DNA of 64,000 nucleotides, from the NCBI GenBank assembly GCA_041660125.1, contig JBAZWY010000012.1, forward strand, positions 38,499-102,498, written 5' to 3'. The notes under the pieces are model-generated. The model saw nothing but the letters and a program-made list of their open reading frames with translations. It was not told the DNA's origin and searched no databases. The stretch is from Lentimicrobiaceae bacterium (GTDB lineage: Bacteria; Bacteroidota; Bacteroidia; Bacteroidales; UBA4417). The position numbers and the translations under genes are program-made. This document shows, piece by piece, positions 44,864 through 55,328 of this stretch (its first letter is position 1; each line of letters starts with the position of its first letter).

Positions 44864-44936
44864 CTGGATTTGAAGTTGGTGATTGGTTTTTCTATGTTAT
44901 AGTGTCAGACACCCTGCGGATGTATAGACACTGAGG

Positions 44937-46226
44937 TTAATTAAAAATTTTATTCAATGCTATTTGTAATTCTTCTATCGACGGATTAATATCGAATACT
45001 TCGGATGGCTTCAAATAGTGCAATGTTTTGCCGCTTTTAAATTTTTCCTCACCGCCGCCAGTAATATTCAGCATAACTATTGCTTCAGGTTCCACTTTGT
45101 TTTTATTTATAGCCTGTATCAGCGAAGCAACAGCAACTGCCGCTGCCGGATGAATATCATTGCCTTCGTGTTCCAGGAATAATTTCGCTGCCTGTTGAGC
45201 TTTCTCATTAGTAACAGATAGAACTTCGCCTTTTGTATGGGTAAGTGCGTCAAAAAGTCCGCCGATAGGAGGGTAGGGAGGCTTGCGATTCGAAAGTACT
45301 TTGGCATCAATTATTTCTACTTCTTTTCGTGCAGTATCATGGTCAAATGCCAGCATTTCGCGCGAATTGGCATTCCACGCGTTCATAATAGGTATAAAAG
45401 GATGATTCTGCGATACCATCAGTTTCATTATTTTATTTCCAAACCGGCCATCGTCAATCAGGCGCAAATTAGCTTCCCATGCGGCAATGGCACCAGTTCC
45501 GCTTCCGATGGCCTGGAAATAGTAATCAGGAATTTCACCTATGTATGTAGTGGCTGAAAGCATGGTTGTACCCATTCCATCGCGGCGGGCGACATTTTTA
45601 GCGCCGCCTTCTGCTACGAATCCTTCGCATTCGCAAGCAAGGTTCGAAAGGTGAATAGCATCAAAATAATCAGAGCCTTTGCGCGTAGCAATCAATTTCA
45701 CACAGTTGCTTAGAGGTTTTTCAAACCACAAAGCATCCAGGTTATCCTCAGGCACACATAAGAGCAAAGGAATATTATTATCGGAACACACTTTGGCAAA
45801 AGCCCGGGCTGTATTTCCTGCCGAAGCTACTACGAGCACTTTTGGCTGAGCCGGATCCATCCGGGCGCAAACCGAATATGCCTCGGTTTCTTTAAATGAA
45901 CATGTAGTCATTTCTACCCCTTTTTCGGGCCAGTAGCCGCTGAAAGTGATGTACAGATTCTTTAATCCTAGTTGAGTAGCCAGTCCTGAACTTTTATAAG
46001 TTATCGGAGCCGACGATCCATTCAGCATCCGGTTTACAGGCAGCCAGTCGGCAAAGCGATAGATTCCGTATGAAGCATCCTTCGGATTTAACTGTTTATG
46101 TTTGTATATAGCTCTGATTAGTCCGGGTTTTGACTGGTTGGGTGCATCCAGCAGCCATCCGGTATCTTCAAAAAGTTCGCCTGTAACCAGTGATTGTAAT
46201 GTGTATTCGGTAGCCTTGAAATCCAT
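44937..46226 (-). CDS. Threonine-synthase-fold PLP enzyme, possibly cysteate synthase
   Basis: About 429 aa from ATG 46226; a TAnnTTTA-like box at 46258-46265 argues against the upstream ORF start 46343. PLP-Lys context TCSFKETEAYS and ASAGNTARAFA. The cysteate-synthase call is from family resemblance only. Confidence 0.6.
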   Translation of the reverse strand: MDFKATEYTLQSLVTGELFEDTGWLLDAPNQSKPGLIRAIYKHKQLNPKDASYGIYRFADWLPVNRMLNGSSAPITYKSSGLATQLGLKNLYITFSGYWPEKGVEMTTCSFKETEAYSVCARMDPAQPKVLVVASAGNTARAFAKVCSDNNIPLLLCVPEDNLDALWFEKPLSNCVKLIATRKGSDYFDAIHLSNLACECEGFVAEGGAKNVARRDGMGTTMLSATTYIGEIPDYYFQAIGSGTGAIAAWEANLRLIDDGRFGNKIMKLMVSQNHPFIPIMNAWNANSREMLAFDHDTARKEVEIIDAKVLSNRKPPYPPIGGLFDALTHTKGEVLSVTNEKAQQAAKLFLEHEGNDIHPAAAVAVASLIQAINKNKVEPEAIVMLNITGGGEEKFKSGKTLHYLKPSEVFDINPSIEELQIALNKIFN

Positions 46227-46444
46227 AAATATTAATCTAGTGCCTGTTTGAAGGCTGTAAAGATAAAAAAAAGGACTCCAATGGAAGGAATCCTTTTTAA
46301 TAATTCGTTGAATAACCAATTTCAGGAATCCTATTATTTTCATAATCTGTCAGCTCATTGTGCAGGTATTTAATTACTTTTGACTTTTTAAATTCAATCA
46401 AAGTTTTCAAACTGAATAATGAATTGGTTTAAAGTTACCACTAT

Positions 46445-47053
46445 ATGGAAATCAAAATCTTGATCTCTGCCTTTGTTGCTATTCTTGCACTTATAAATCC
46501 GGTACATAAAATTATGGTAATAAGTTCGTTGCAGGATCAGTACTCGAAAAATGAATTAAAATACCTCTCTTCAAAATCATCACTTACCGCACTGATTATC
46601 CTGATTTCCTTTTTGTTTCTTGGGCATTTTATTTTCACCTATGTGTTTCATATTGAGTTATATGCTTTCATGGTAACATGTGGAGTAGTTTTGTTTTATA
46701 ATGGAATTACCGGCTTGCAAAAAGGCAACTTCCTTCAGCTTGATCAGAATGTGAAATTGGTTGACCTGTCAGCAGTTCCAATTGCCATGCCTATGATTGC
46801 CGGACCGGCAACCATCACGGCAGCCGTCACATTTCCGGAGCACTACGGTAAGCTTGTCACGATTATTGCAATTGGCATTGCAATTGCCGTTAACTTACTT
46901 TTGATGCTTAACGCGATACGAATAGGCAACCTGCTGAACAGGTTTAACCTGATGAATGCACTTATCCGTATTACAGGTTTGATTGTTGCTACAATTGGTG
47001 CACAAATGATCTTTACAGGGATTTCAATTTTTATAGCAAACTTAAAGGGATAA
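46445..47053 (+). CDS. MarC-family (UPF0056) integral membrane protein
   Basis: 202 aa with 6 TM helices and an N-terminal LALINPV motif. Confidence 0.75.
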   Translation: MEIKILISAFVAILALINPVHKIMVISSLQDQYSKNELKYLSSKSSLTALIILISFLFLGHFIFTYVFHIELYAFMVTCGVVLFYNGITGLQKGNFLQLDQNVKLVDLSAVPIAMPMIAGPATITAAVTFPEHYGKLVTIIAIGIAIAVNLLLMLNAIRIGNLLNRFNLMNALIRITGLIVATIGAQMIFTGISIFIANLKG

Positions 47054-47246
47054 AAGAGCTTGCCAGAAATGCCAACGACTATTTAAAGGTCTGAGCAAAT
47101 ATTTCGGAATAATTATTCTTTGTTTTGATTTCAAAAATCTAATTTTACAGTTGTTTTATCAGGCTGTTATTTTAAAGCATAATTAAGAGTCTAATTAAAA
47201 TTTTAAAGATTTAATAGGTTTAAAATCCAATAATTTACCCATAAGA

Positions 47247-48056
47247 ATGTTAGTAGAAGATACCTATAATCTGATAAAAAATAAATATGGCAAACGATTT
47301 GAGCTCGTTACCATTAAGCGCCTGGTAGCCGGTATTTATTTCACGGCAGTTGAATTATCAAGCGGATATAGCGGACTTGCTTACGCCAACCCTGATTCCC
47401 TGGATTGTTGTACACACACACGGAAGAAGGGTTTTGGCGATTTTACACCCGGGAACTTTAAAGGACGTAAAGTTTCGGACTTGTTCAACCATCCCGATCA
47501 ATCGCTTTTTATTAAAAATATTCAGCTTGCAGTTATGAATGCCCTTTCGGCTGAATTATTGGCAGAAACAAAATACCATATTATTGAGAACCGCGATCCG
47601 ATAGAACTAGTTGATTTGAAGGGGGAAAAGCAGGTTTGTGTGATTGGCGCATTTTTGTCGTACATTAAAAAAATAGCTGCAACAGATTGTACTTTAAAAA
47701 TTGTTGAGCTTAACGAAGCCGCTGTCCCTGACGAATATAAACCGTCCCTGGTACCTTCACAACTTTCGGAATCTGCTATTACTCAATCCGATATTGTAAT
47801 AATTACAGGTGCAACTTTGGCAAATAACTCTTTAGACAGACTGCTTGAAATCATTCCGCATAAAACCCAGGTTGTCCTGGTTGGACCTACAAGTAGCTTA
47901 CTTCCCGATGTGCTTTTCGAACGTGGGATTAATATTATCGGGGCAACACGAATCACGGATACCGCTAAAATGCTGGAAATGGTAGCTGAAGGCGCTACCG
48001 GGTTTCATTTGTTCAATTATTGCGCTACCAAAATCTGTCTTGTAAATGAATCCTGA
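47247..48056 (+). CDS. DUF4213/DUF364-type Rossmann-like protein (putative metal-chelation family)
   Basis: 269 aa. The N-terminal VAGIYFTAVELSSGYSGLAYA pattern and the C-terminal VCVIGAF...IVIITGATLANNS...VVLVGPT pattern are typical of DUF364. Family assignment is from memory. Confidence 0.6.
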   Translation: MLVEDTYNLIKNKYGKRFELVTIKRLVAGIYFTAVELSSGYSGLAYANPDSLDCCTHTRKKGFGDFTPGNFKGRKVSDLFNHPDQSLFIKNIQLAVMNALSAELLAETKYHIIENRDPIELVDLKGEKQVCVIGAFLSYIKKIAATDCTLKIVELNEAAVPDEYKPSLVPSQLSESAITQSDIVIITGATLANNSLDRLLEIIPHKTQVVLVGPTSSLLPDVLFERGINIIGATRITDTAKMLEMVAEGATGFHLFNYCATKICLVNES

Positions 48057-49779
48057 AAGGCACCTTAGCATTACATGGCTTAAGGCTGCCGTGCTGGGTT
48101 GCCTGTGGGCTTCTTCGGAAATAGTGCTTGGTAGTTTTCTGCACAACCTTCGTGTTCCGTTCACTAGTATTTTCCTGACATCGATTGGTATCATACTTCT
48201 TGTCTCAGTTAGTTTTCAATGGAATGATAGAGGCCTGATATGGCGTTCGGGACTGATATGTGCGCTGATGAAATCGGTGTCGCCGAGTGCAGTCATATTC
48301 GGGCCCATGATAGCCATTTTAGTTGAAGCATTTTTGTTGGAATTTTCAGTACGTGTTATAGGGAAAAACATGGTTGGTTTTATCATTGGCAGTTTGCTGG
48401 CCATGTCATGGAATTTCATTCAGAAAATCGCAAATTATTTAATTTTTTATGGTTTCAACATCGTCGATTTGTATGCTTCGCTGGTGAAATTTGCTGAAAA
48501 ACAGCTTCAGATGCATTTCAGCACGGTTTGGATGCCTGTTATCACCTTATGGATTTTCTATTTGTTTTTTGGGCTGTTGTCAGCAGCTATCGGTATATAC
48601 ATAGGCAAAACAGCCCTGGCAAAAGGCGTTCCCATGATGAGTTCGGACAAAAAACGCATGGCTGAAATTAAATCGAAAAGGCAAACTCCTGATATTCGTT
48701 ATTCCCTGCTTTGGCTTTCATTCAATTTTCTGGCGATGATATTGGTGCTTTTGCTAATGAACTCTGCAGGCATCCCGTGGTGGTTGCTAACTGGGTTATT
48801 AATCATAATCGTATGGGCCATACGTTATCGAAACTCACTTAAACCATTACTTAAGCCGAAATTCTGGATTCTTTTTATCGCTATTACCATGCTTTCCAGT
48901 TTTCTGTTTACAAAATTCCAATCCGCGCAACTTACAATAACCGATGGACTCCTTGTAGGTTTGCAGATGAATTTTCGTGCAGCGCTTATGATTGTGGGTT
49001 TTTCGGTAGTCGGCAAAGAATTAAGTAATCCGGTGGTCAGGAGCTTCTTCTACCGATCTTCGTTTCGACAATTGCCACTGGCATTGGAGATAGCATTCGA
49101 AACACTTCCGTTTGTAGTTGCAAATTTACCATCGCTGAATGATATCTTTAAAAAACCGCTTACTGTGCTAAGGCAAATTGTGGCTCAATCTGAATACTGG
49201 CTCGAAAAGGTTGCCCTGACCATGAAGAAAAAAAGCAATGTGATCATTATTACCGGCGAAATTGGCAGCGGAAAAACATCACTGATTTCCGGAATCTCAG
49301 TACGATTAAAAGAATCCGGTATTTTAGCAGGAGGAATAATTGCACCGGCTGTATTTGAAGGTGATCAAAAAACAGGGTATAAAATTATTGATATATCCAA
49401 CTATATCGAAATGCAACTTTCTCAAATCAACGAAATTGATGGAATGGCAAGAGTCGGGAAGTATTTCTTTTTCCCTGAAGCTATCGAATTTGGCCGGGAT
49501 GCACTCACCGTAGCAAATAACCAACATTTAAAAATTTTATTGATTGACGAGATCGGTGCCTGGGAACTCCAGGGGCAGGGCTGGGCCGGCAGCCTGAACG
49601 AATTGATCATAAATTGCAATATGCCTTTGATAATTACCGTACGGAAAAGTTTCCTTGACCTGGTTATTGAAAACTGGATGTTCCAAAAGCCTTTGGTGAT
49701 TGAGGCAAAAGATATAACAGCGGATAAAGCTTACGGTGAAATATTGAAATTCATCAAGATGGGAGAAAAAAGCATTTGA
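48046..49779 (+). CDS. Fusion protein: about 370-aa polytopic membrane domain plus a C-terminal P-loop NTPase (THEP1/DUF2478-like)
   Basis: 577 aa with about 9-10 hydrophobic helices. Walker A IIITGEIGSGKTSL and Walker B LLIDEIGAWELQGQGW. Its start overlaps the upstream gene by 11 nt. Confidence 0.6.
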   Translation: MNPERHLSITWLKAAVLGCLWASSEIVLGSFLHNLRVPFTSIFLTSIGIILLVSVSFQWNDRGLIWRSGLICALMKSVSPSAVIFGPMIAILVEAFLLEFSVRVIGKNMVGFIIGSLLAMSWNFIQKIANYLIFYGFNIVDLYASLVKFAEKQLQMHFSTVWMPVITLWIFYLFFGLLSAAIGIYIGKTALAKGVPMMSSDKKRMAEIKSKRQTPDIRYSLLWLSFNFLAMILVLLLMNSAGIPWWLLTGLLIIIVWAIRYRNSLKPLLKPKFWILFIAITMLSSFLFTKFQSAQLTITDGLLVGLQMNFRAALMIVGFSVVGKELSNPVVRSFFYRSSFRQLPLALEIAFETLPFVVANLPSLNDIFKKPLTVLRQIVAQSEYWLEKVALTMKKKSNVIIITGEIGSGKTSLISGISVRLKESGILAGGIIAPAVFEGDQKTGYKIIDISNYIEMQLSQINEIDGMARVGKYFFFPEAIEFGRDALTVANNQHLKILLIDEIGAWELQGQGWAGSLNELIINCNMPLIITVRKSFLDLVIENWMFQKPLVIEAKDITADKAYGEILKFIKMGEKSI

Positions 49780-49932
49780 TTCCCAAAAGCTAAAAGGATA
49801 CTTACTGTAAACCGTTTGTTTTTACCTGAATCATACTTTTCTCTGTCTTAAAATAAGCTTTGGCTGGTATTCCTGCTATTTTTACTTCAAATGAAACGAG
49901 GGAATAAAAATACATTAGCAATTATTTCGTAT

Positions 49933-49968
49933 ATAATTAAAGAATACTTTATAATTAAAGAATACTTT
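49933..49968 (+). repeat. Perfect 18-bp tandem duplication in the ECF sigma promoter region
   Basis: ataattaaagaatacttt x2. The second copy runs into TACTTTTG (49964-49971), a TAnnTTTG -7 box 20 nt upstream of ATG 49991. Confidence 0.85.
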
Positions 49969-49990
49969 TGTACATATAAAATCTGAATTT

Positions 49991-50578
49991 ATGTCGGAGT
50001 TATTGGCATCGTACGAAAGAATTCTTCTGGAGAATCTTAAAAACGATGACCAGTCAGCATTCACAATTATTTTTAGAAAATTTTACCAGGACCTGGTTCG
50101 GTTTTCGTATGGCTTTACAAGGGATTCAGATGCTTCGGAAGAAATTGTCCAGGAAGTTTTTCTGAAGCTTTGGGAGAATCGTTCGTCATTGATTATTCAA
50201 ACCTCACTCAAATCCTTCTTGTTAAAGGCAGTTCAGAACCGCAGTATTGATAGTTTGCGCCATGCAAATATCACACATAAATATGCTTCAATTGTGCTGG
50301 AGCATCCCGTTCTTTCAGAAAACGATACTGAAAATTACATTTTACATTCTGAACTTTATGCGAATTTCAACCACGCAATGGAAAAAATACCTTCCCAATT
50401 TGCGGAAGCTTTCAGGATGAGTCGTATGGAGTTACTTAATTATCAGGAAATTGCACAAAACCTTGGGGTATCAGTCCGTACTGTTGAAGTGCGAATAAGT
50501 AAAACATTGAGCCTGTTGAGAGAAGAACTAAAGGACTTTCTTGTTTTTATGTTAATACTATTTCAACTCTTTCATTAA
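49991..50578 (+). CDS. ECF-type RNA polymerase sigma-70 factor
   Basis: 195 aa. Region 2 (FYQDLVRFSYGFT..AEEIVQEVFLKLWE) and region 4 HTH (LNYQEIAQNLGVSVRTVEVRISK). Confidence 0.9.
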   Translation: MSELLASYERILLENLKNDDQSAFTIIFRKFYQDLVRFSYGFTRDSDASEEIVQEVFLKLWENRSSLIIQTSLKSFLLKAVQNRSIDSLRHANITHKYASIVLEHPVLSENDTENYILHSELYANFNHAMEKIPSQFAEAFRMSRMELLNYQEIAQNLGVSVRTVEVRISKTLSLLREELKDFLVFMLILFQLFH

Positions 50579-50687
50579 AAGCTGCTTAGTTTTATGATTT
50601 TATCCCGGAGCAGTAATATTTAAAAAATATCATTTTTGGAATGTGGATTATGGATTGTCAAACGTCGTTATGTTGATTGAGAAAAAT

Positions 50688-51728
50688 ATGGATACTAATA
50701 ATCCCGGTAAAATAGATAAATTAATTACTACTTTCTTTGGAGGCATTGCTTCCGAAGAAGAAATTCTTTTTCTGGAATCATGGATTCACGAATCAGAAGA
50801 GAATCAATTATATTTCAAACAGTTTAAAAATATCTGGGAAGCTTCTGTTGAAATGCCTGTTTCAACCGATAAAGCGTTGGCAAAAGTTTTAAAGAAAATA
50901 AATGAAGGGCAAAAGAGTTTAACTTTTTGGCAAATAGCGCAAAGAATTGCTGCGATATTATTTATTCCTTTACTCATCTCAATGCTCTGGATGAATTTCA
51001 GCAAGGATTTTAAAAGTAAAAACTCTGATATTACCTACAATAAAACAATTGCAGCATTTGGAACCTTTTCTGTTCTCGAACTTCCTGATGGATCAAAAGT
51101 CTGGTTGAATTCAGGAAGCAGTTTACGGTATCCTGACAAATTTTTAAGCAACAATAGAACTGTTTACCTCATTGGAGAAGCTTACTTTGAAGTTCATTCC
51201 GACAAGACAATGCCTTTTCTTGTCAATACTCCATATTTTACTGTAAAGGCTACGGGTACCAAGTTCAATGTAAGGGCTGAGAGAAATTTCCTAACACCTT
51301 CTGTTACTTTAGTTGAAGGAAAAGTTGCAGTACAAAAACTGAATTCAGGCAAACAGAATTGCCTGATCACTATGCTGCAGCCTAATCAGCATATGACTTA
51401 CGATACATTAAGCGGTCATGTTACAATCCAAACAGAAGACACTTACAAACATTTTGCCTGGAAAGATGGTAAACTTGTTTTCCGTAATGATAATATAAGC
51501 GAAGTTGCCAGGAGAATCAGCCTTCAATACAATGTAGATATAGAAATTAAAGGTGACGAAATTAAAAAATATCGCTACAGGGCAACATTTGAAAATGAGC
51601 CTCTGGATGAATTATTGCGACTGCTTAAAATTTCTTCTCAAATTGATTATCATGAAATTAAACAAAAAGAATTGCCGGACGGCTCTTTCTCAAGAAGAAA
51701 GATCATAATTTATTCCACGAATAATTAA
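50688..51728 (+). CDS. FecR-family anti-sigma factor
   Basis: About 346 aa from ATG 50688. Single TM (IAAILFIPLLISMLWM), FecR domain (LPDGSKVWLNSGSSLRY) and a C-terminal DUF4974-like part. Confidence 0.85.
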   Translation: MDTNNPGKIDKLITTFFGGIASEEEILFLESWIHESEENQLYFKQFKNIWEASVEMPVSTDKALAKVLKKINEGQKSLTFWQIAQRIAAILFIPLLISMLWMNFSKDFKSKNSDITYNKTIAAFGTFSVLELPDGSKVWLNSGSSLRYPDKFLSNNRTVYLIGEAYFEVHSDKTMPFLVNTPYFTVKATGTKFNVRAERNFLTPSVTLVEGKVAVQKLNSGKQNCLITMLQPNQHMTYDTLSGHVTIQTEDTYKHFAWKDGKLVFRNDNISEVARRISLQYNVDIEIKGDEIKKYRYRATFENEPLDELLRLLKISSQIDYHEIKQKELPDGSFSRRKIIIYSTNN

Positions 51729-51953
51729 TTTCTTTAATTCCCATGCCTATGACCATCTAAATGTCAGTAAACTAATTGAAAGTATCAATGTAAAAGAAAT
51801 AGAGGTTTATTTTTTCGGAACCTTGACTTTTATTCAATGTACTTTATCATCAATCCATTCAAGCAGTTAAAATTAAATTGAAGTTATCGGGTACTGATAA
51901 TTTCAGTTATAAGGATTCTTATTGTCTTTTTTCACCTTTAAACTAACCAAAAA

Positions 51954-54900
51954 ATGAGATTACTTCTACTAACAGGTCTATTCATCATTCTTGTATTAGC
52001 GCCTGGCAGATTGAGTGCACAGTCAACAAAAATAACATTAAACCTGTCAAATGTTCCTCTGAATGATGTGCTGAATGAAATTGAGAAAAAGAGTGATTAT
52101 ACTTTCTTAGTCAACCAGGAAGTTGTGGATGTTAACAGAAAGGTAGATGCTGTTTTTACAAACACATCCATTAAAGATATTCTTAGCCAGCTTTTTAAAG
52201 GCGAGAAAGTCAACTTCGTTACCAGCGATCACCAGATCATTATTACACCAACCAAGACTAAAGGCGGGGATTTTCAGCCAAAAAAAGTCACCGGAAGAGT
52301 AACTGATGAAAAAAACGGTGAGGCACTTATAGGCGTAACCATTCAGATAAAGGGCACAACAACAGGCACAACTACAGATATTAATGGGAATTATACAATT
52401 GACATAACGTCACCGGATATTATTCTGGTATTTTCCTATGTGGGTTACGAACCTAAAGAATTCCCGGCCAGGGACGCAGTAATACTGAATGTTGCAATGC
52501 ATCAGATTGCAACTCAACTTGAAAGTGTTGTTGTAACCGCTTTGGGTATTAAACGTGAGGAGAAAGCCCTGGGTTATGCTATTCAGAAAGTAGATGGCAA
52601 AGACTTACAGACGGTAAGACCAATTGACGTGGGAACCTCACTTACTGGTAAAGTAGCTGGATTGTCGGTTTTAAACAGTACTGAATTTGGCAAAGCACCT
52701 GATATAACAATACGTGGAGAGCAACCTATTTTGGTAATAGATGGGGTGCCCTATTTTAACATGACCCTCCGGGATGTACCTTCTGACGATATTGAGAATC
52801 TTAGTATACTTAAAGGTGCAACAGCCTCCGCGCTATATGGTTCCCGTGGTGGAAGCGGTGCAATTTTGGTTACTACCAAAAAAGGGAGCGCAAATAAGGG
52901 GATAACAGTAACAATTAATAGCAGTACCATGTTTGCAGCCGGTTACCTGGCCATTCCCGAATCACAATCTACTTATGGCCGTGCTGTTAACACGGCAGCC
53001 GATGGTACCATGACTGCTGTTACAAATGGTGATGGTGCCTGGGGGCCTCCTTTGGAAGGACAACCAGTGGTTCAATGGGACCCGATAACAAAAACATGGA
53101 AATCTATGCCATATCTTCCTGTTGGTAAGGATAATTTTAAAAATTTCCTGGAACCGGGTTATATTCTGAATAATAATATCAATATTGTACAACAAGGAGA
53201 ATTCGGAAGTTTTCGCGCTTCGGCTACCTGGGTGAAAAATAAGGGACAATATCCCAATTCAATGTTTGACAAATTCACCTACAACATTGGCGGGGATATG
53301 AAAGTGAATAAATTTACTTTATCATCCAGTATATCCTATAATAAGCAATCCTCCCCCAATCTCGGCTTTAACGGGTATGCGGGATATGACCCAATGTATT
53401 CCATGCTAATATGGTCGTCTCCTGATTGGAATATGCTTGACTATAAGGATTATTGGATAGTTCCGGATGTATCACAAAATACCAGTTATACAGATACTAA
53501 CAACAATCCCTGGTTCGACAGGAACGAAAGGATTCACAGCTTAAACAAAGACATTTTTAATGGTACACTTTTATTGAGTTATGATCTGGCTTCATGGCTG
53601 AAAGCTACCATTCGTTCAGGCTTCGATACCTATAGCAACCGGCAGGTGATACGAATTGCGGAAAGTTCATTAACAAGTGCCGGTTCTGCAACAGTACTTG
53701 ATATGGGAGAGCAGGTTTGGGGTGAAAGCAGGTTAGGATCATACAATCTGGGACTTGGCAGGGGCTATAGTTTTAATAACGATTTTTTACTTTCCGGTAA
53801 TCATACGATAGAAAAATTCACAATTGATGGGTTTGTAGGAGGTTCAATTTTTTCCCACCAGGATGAAGGCACAGATTCAAGAACCCAGGGAGGCCTTAAT
53901 ATTCCAGGGTTTTACTCACTTAAGGCTTCAGTTTTACCGGCGTATGTAACTTCCAGTATTTACAAGCAACAGGTAAACAGCTTGTATGGCCGGTTAGCAT
54001 TTTCATGGAACCGGTTGGCATATGTCGAAGGTACTTTACGTAACGACTGGAGCTCTACTTTATCTGCTTCTACCCGATCTTACCTTTATCCGTCTGTATC
54101 AGGAAGTTTTGTCGTTTCTGAATTATTACCCAAAATGGATTGGCTTTCGTTATGGAAATTGCGTGGTTCATGGACGGAATCAAAAAAACCTGCAGATATC
54201 TATGATATTAACAAAGTGTATTCAGTTACCAATCCTGCATGGGGAAATTTGAGTTCTGCAGCTGTACCGACAACTATTCGTGGAACTGATCTGTTTCCTG
54301 AGTCTTCATCTACCTGGGAGATAGGAACAGCAGTTAATCTTTATAAGAACAGGGTTTCTGTTGATATAGCTTATTACCAGAAAAGAATGTATGATTTCAT
54401 TGATTTTGCGGACATATCTCCAGCCTCTGGATATGAACAAAATCTAATCAATATTGATGAGGAACACACACGAAAAGGGATTGAAATAACCGCAAATGGA
54501 ACTCCGATACAGTCTGGTGACTGGCAATGGGATATTTCTGTAAACTGGTCGAAGTATGCCACATTCTATACTAAAATAGATTCGGTGTTCACTGAAGACA
54601 AACCCTGGAAAAAAGTAGGTGAAAGAGTTGATTTTTTTACCCTTAATGATTTTCAGCGCGATCCGGAAGGTAATCTTATCAACAGTGGCGGGGTACCTAT
54701 CTTTAATCCTCTACCCTCAAAATTTGGAAACTCCGACCCCGATTGGATTTGGGGAGCCAGCACTACAGTCAGATATAAAAGTTTAAGTTTGACTGTGTCT
54801 ATTGATGGCCGCGTAGGAGGATTAGCGCAAACCACTACTGAAATGTATATGTGGCGTGCAGGTTCACATCCAAATTCAGTAACTCCTGAGCGATACCTGG

Positions 54901-55328
54901 ATGCTACCATACCAAATTCAAAAAACTACATCGGTCCGGGAGTGAAAGTAGTTTCAGGTGCAGCAACCTACGATACCTATGGCAATATTACGAGTGATAC
55001 CCGAGTATATGCTGCGAATGATGTAGCCGTAACTTACGAATCATATATAAATGATATTCACAGCGGGACCGCCTGGGGTGGGTCACCATCACCACTCGAA
55101 GCTTATACTACGACATTTTTCAAGGTACGGGAGATGTCATTTACCTACGATTTACCCAAAACCCTGTGTGCTAAATTTAAATCAAAAGGGGTTTCCGCGT
55201 CGGCAGTTGGTCAGAATATGTTCCTTTGGGCAAAGCAGTTTAAGTACTCCGATCCTGACGGAGGGTATGAGAATTTTAGCGATCCATCGATACGCTACAT
55301 TGGTTTTAACCTGAAATTTATTTTCTAA
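51954..55328 (+). CDS. SusC/RagA-family TonB-dependent transporter with an N-terminal STN signalling domain
   Basis: 1124 aa. STN domain (NVPLNDVLNEIEKKSDYTFL), carboxypeptidase-regulatory-like domain (GRVTDEKNGEALIGVTIQIKGT), plug (NLSILKGATASALYGSRGGSGAILVTTKKG) and a C-terminal F. Confidence 0.9.
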   Translation: MRLLLLTGLFIILVLAPGRLSAQSTKITLNLSNVPLNDVLNEIEKKSDYTFLVNQEVVDVNRKVDAVFTNTSIKDILSQLFKGEKVNFVTSDHQIIITPTKTKGGDFQPKKVTGRVTDEKNGEALIGVTIQIKGTTTGTTTDINGNYTIDITSPDIILVFSYVGYEPKEFPARDAVILNVAMHQIATQLESVVVTALGIKREEKALGYAIQKVDGKDLQTVRPIDVGTSLTGKVAGLSVLNSTEFGKAPDITIRGEQPILVIDGVPYFNMTLRDVPSDDIENLSILKGATASALYGSRGGSGAILVTTKKGSANKGITVTINSSTMFAAGYLAIPESQSTYGRAVNTAADGTMTAVTNGDGAWGPPLEGQPVVQWDPITKTWKSMPYLPVGKDNFKNFLEPGYILNNNINIVQQGEFGSFRASATWVKNKGQYPNSMFDKFTYNIGGDMKVNKFTLSSSISYNKQSSPNLGFNGYAGYDPMYSMLIWSSPDWNMLDYKDYWIVPDVSQNTSYTDTNNNPWFDRNERIHSLNKDIFNGTLLLSYDLASWLKATIRSGFDTYSNRQVIRIAESSLTSAGSATVLDMGEQVWGESRLGSYNLGLGRGYSFNNDFLLSGNHTIEKFTIDGFVGGSIFSHQDEGTDSRTQGGLNIPGFYSLKASVLPAYVTSSIYKQQVNSLYGRLAFSWNRLAYVEGTLRNDWSSTLSASTRSYLYPSVSGSFVVSELLPKMDWLSLWKLRGSWTESKKPADIYDINKVYSVTNPAWGNLSSAAVPTTIRGTDLFPESSSTWEIGTAVNLYKNRVSVDIAYYQKRMYDFIDFADISPASGYEQNLINIDEEHTRKGIEITANGTPIQSGDWQWDISVNWSKYATFYTKIDSVFTEDKPWKKVGERVDFFTLNDFQRDPEGNLINSGGVPIFNPLPSKFGNSDPDWIWGASTTVRYKSLSLTVSIDGRVGGLAQTTTEMYMWRAGSHPNSVTPERYLDATIPNSKNYIGPGVKVVSGAATYDTYGNITSDTRVYAANDVAVTYESYINDIHSGTAWGGSPSPLEAYTTTFFKVREMSFTYDLPKTLCAKFKSKGVSASAVGQNMFLWAKQFKYSDPDGGYENFSDPSIRYIGFNLKFIF

